From Octopus sinensis (taxonomy: Eukaryota), in contig NC_043024.1 of assembly GCF_006345805.1 (NCBI RefSeq), positions 372,001 through 436,000 on the forward strand: a stretch of DNA of 64,000 nucleotides, in the 5' to 3' direction. Of this stretch, positions 62,870-64,000 are shown piece by piece. A program made the position numbers and the translations under genes. Numbering within the stretch: the first letter of the stretch is position 1; each line of letters starts with the position of its first letter. Under the pieces are notes generated by a model. The model did no database searches and had not been told where the DNA came from. It saw only the letters and a list, made by a program, of their open reading frames with translations.

Positions 62870-63355
62870 GGTCACCAAGTAACTTGCAAGACAAGGTATG
62901 TTTGAGAGGAGAGCAGGACAATCTGCTGACAGCCACTGACCAGATCTGTGGATGGAGCAAAGTACCATCTCGACCCAGAGTAACATGGTGGTGGAACACT
63001 GTGGTTGACAGGGCTATTATGCCAGGACCCCTGGAGTGGTGGTACGTAAAAAGCACTATCTGACTCGTGGCCGATGCCAGCGCCGCCTCGACTGGCTTCC
63101 GTGCCGGTGGCACGTAAAATGCACCAATCCAACCGTGGCCGTTGCCAGCCTCGCCTGGCACCTGTGCAGGTGGCACATAAAAAGCACCCACTACACTCAC
63201 GGAGTGGTTGACGTTAGGAAGGGCATCCACCTGTAGAAACATTGCCAGATAAGACTGGAGCCTGGTGCAGCCTTCTGGCTTCCCAGATCCCCGGTCGAAC
63301 CGCCCAACCCATGCTAGCATGGAGAACGGACGTTAAACGATGATGATGATGATGT
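62870..63355 (+). mobile_element. SINE family D with (GAT)n tail. Copies at about 6480-6655(-), 36085-36240(-), 39400-39700, 41680-41900, 43630-43910, 46860-46990, 62580-62880(-)
   Basis: gttaggaagggcatccagctgtagaaac...ccaacccatgctagcatgga..gacgttaaacgatgatgat. Confidence 0.8.
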
Positions 63356-64000
63356 GACTTGGTCAATGTTTCTAAATTTCCTCTTTCTCATCAATATCTT
63401 GTTTGCTATGGCCACATGTATTCTATTTCAGCCAGCCTCCCTTCTTTCTACAACAGGTACAAGGCCTGAAATTTGAGGAGAGGGGGGGATAATCTCCCTC
63501 ACAACTGTCTCCCCACATGCCGCCAACTGCCGTACACTGACCGATGCTGTTGCTGCTCTGCCAACTGGTTCACTGCTGCGGATGACCTCATTGCTCATGC
63601 CTTCCGTGCTCACTCACGGGTTTTTTCCTTTTTCTTTCGCCTTCCTCGCTGCCAACCCCCAGCCTCAACTTGACGTCCCTTTCTGCCCAGTGCACCGCCT
63701 CCACAAGGCATTTGTGGGTGACGTCAGCACCTTGATATGGCAGGCAGCATGTACCTCGCACTCTTGCTGCCGCTGCCACCACCGACGCTGTCCCACTTTC
63801 ACTAGTCCTCCCATCCTCATCGTCTCCCATCCACTGATGTGTCACACCGCTACCCAAAACCGGCCCTCTTACTTTGACCTGCACCAGCACCTGTTCTTCC
63901 GCAGTGGCCCAGTGTGCAGTTGTCAGATTGTAAACCACTTTGCCCCTCAAACTCTTTGTTGTTTCTCCTCACCTCCACGCATCAGCAGTGGCGGCAGACA

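Overview
AT-rich eukaryotic genomic DNA full of microsatellites and SINEs. The repeat landscape looks like a coleoid cephalopod, probably Octopus (inferred from recalled repeat families, not from a search). Almost all ORFs in the six-frame track are microsatellite or SINE noise. I rebuilt two intron-rich genes by hand from GT-AG junctions with continuous reading frame. (1) A complete ZSWIM2-like E3 ligase on the minus strand (12 coding exons, 20645->5997, 626 aa; SWIM, RING1, ZZ, RING2). (2) TMTC3 protein O-mannosyltransferase on the plus strand, head-to-head with it (17 coding exons, 27480->48697, 704 codons; the C-terminal exons are not found and a 100-N gap lies at 50148-50247). A third, unidentified minus-strand gene probably starts at about 707 and leaves the window. 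Introns and intergenic DNA hold decayed mariner, maT-like and rosa-like transposons, piggyBac- and hAT-type MITEs, CR1, RTE and R4/Dong-type LINE pieces, several SINE families and foldback palindromes. Most notable observations: a minisatellite built from copies of a ZSWIM2 exon end plus its 5' splice site; a Cys->Tyr loss of a zinc ligand in ZSWIM2 RING2; minimal hammerhead-ribozyme motifs in Penelope-like modules; and a decayed 28S rRNA segment inside a TMTC3 intron.
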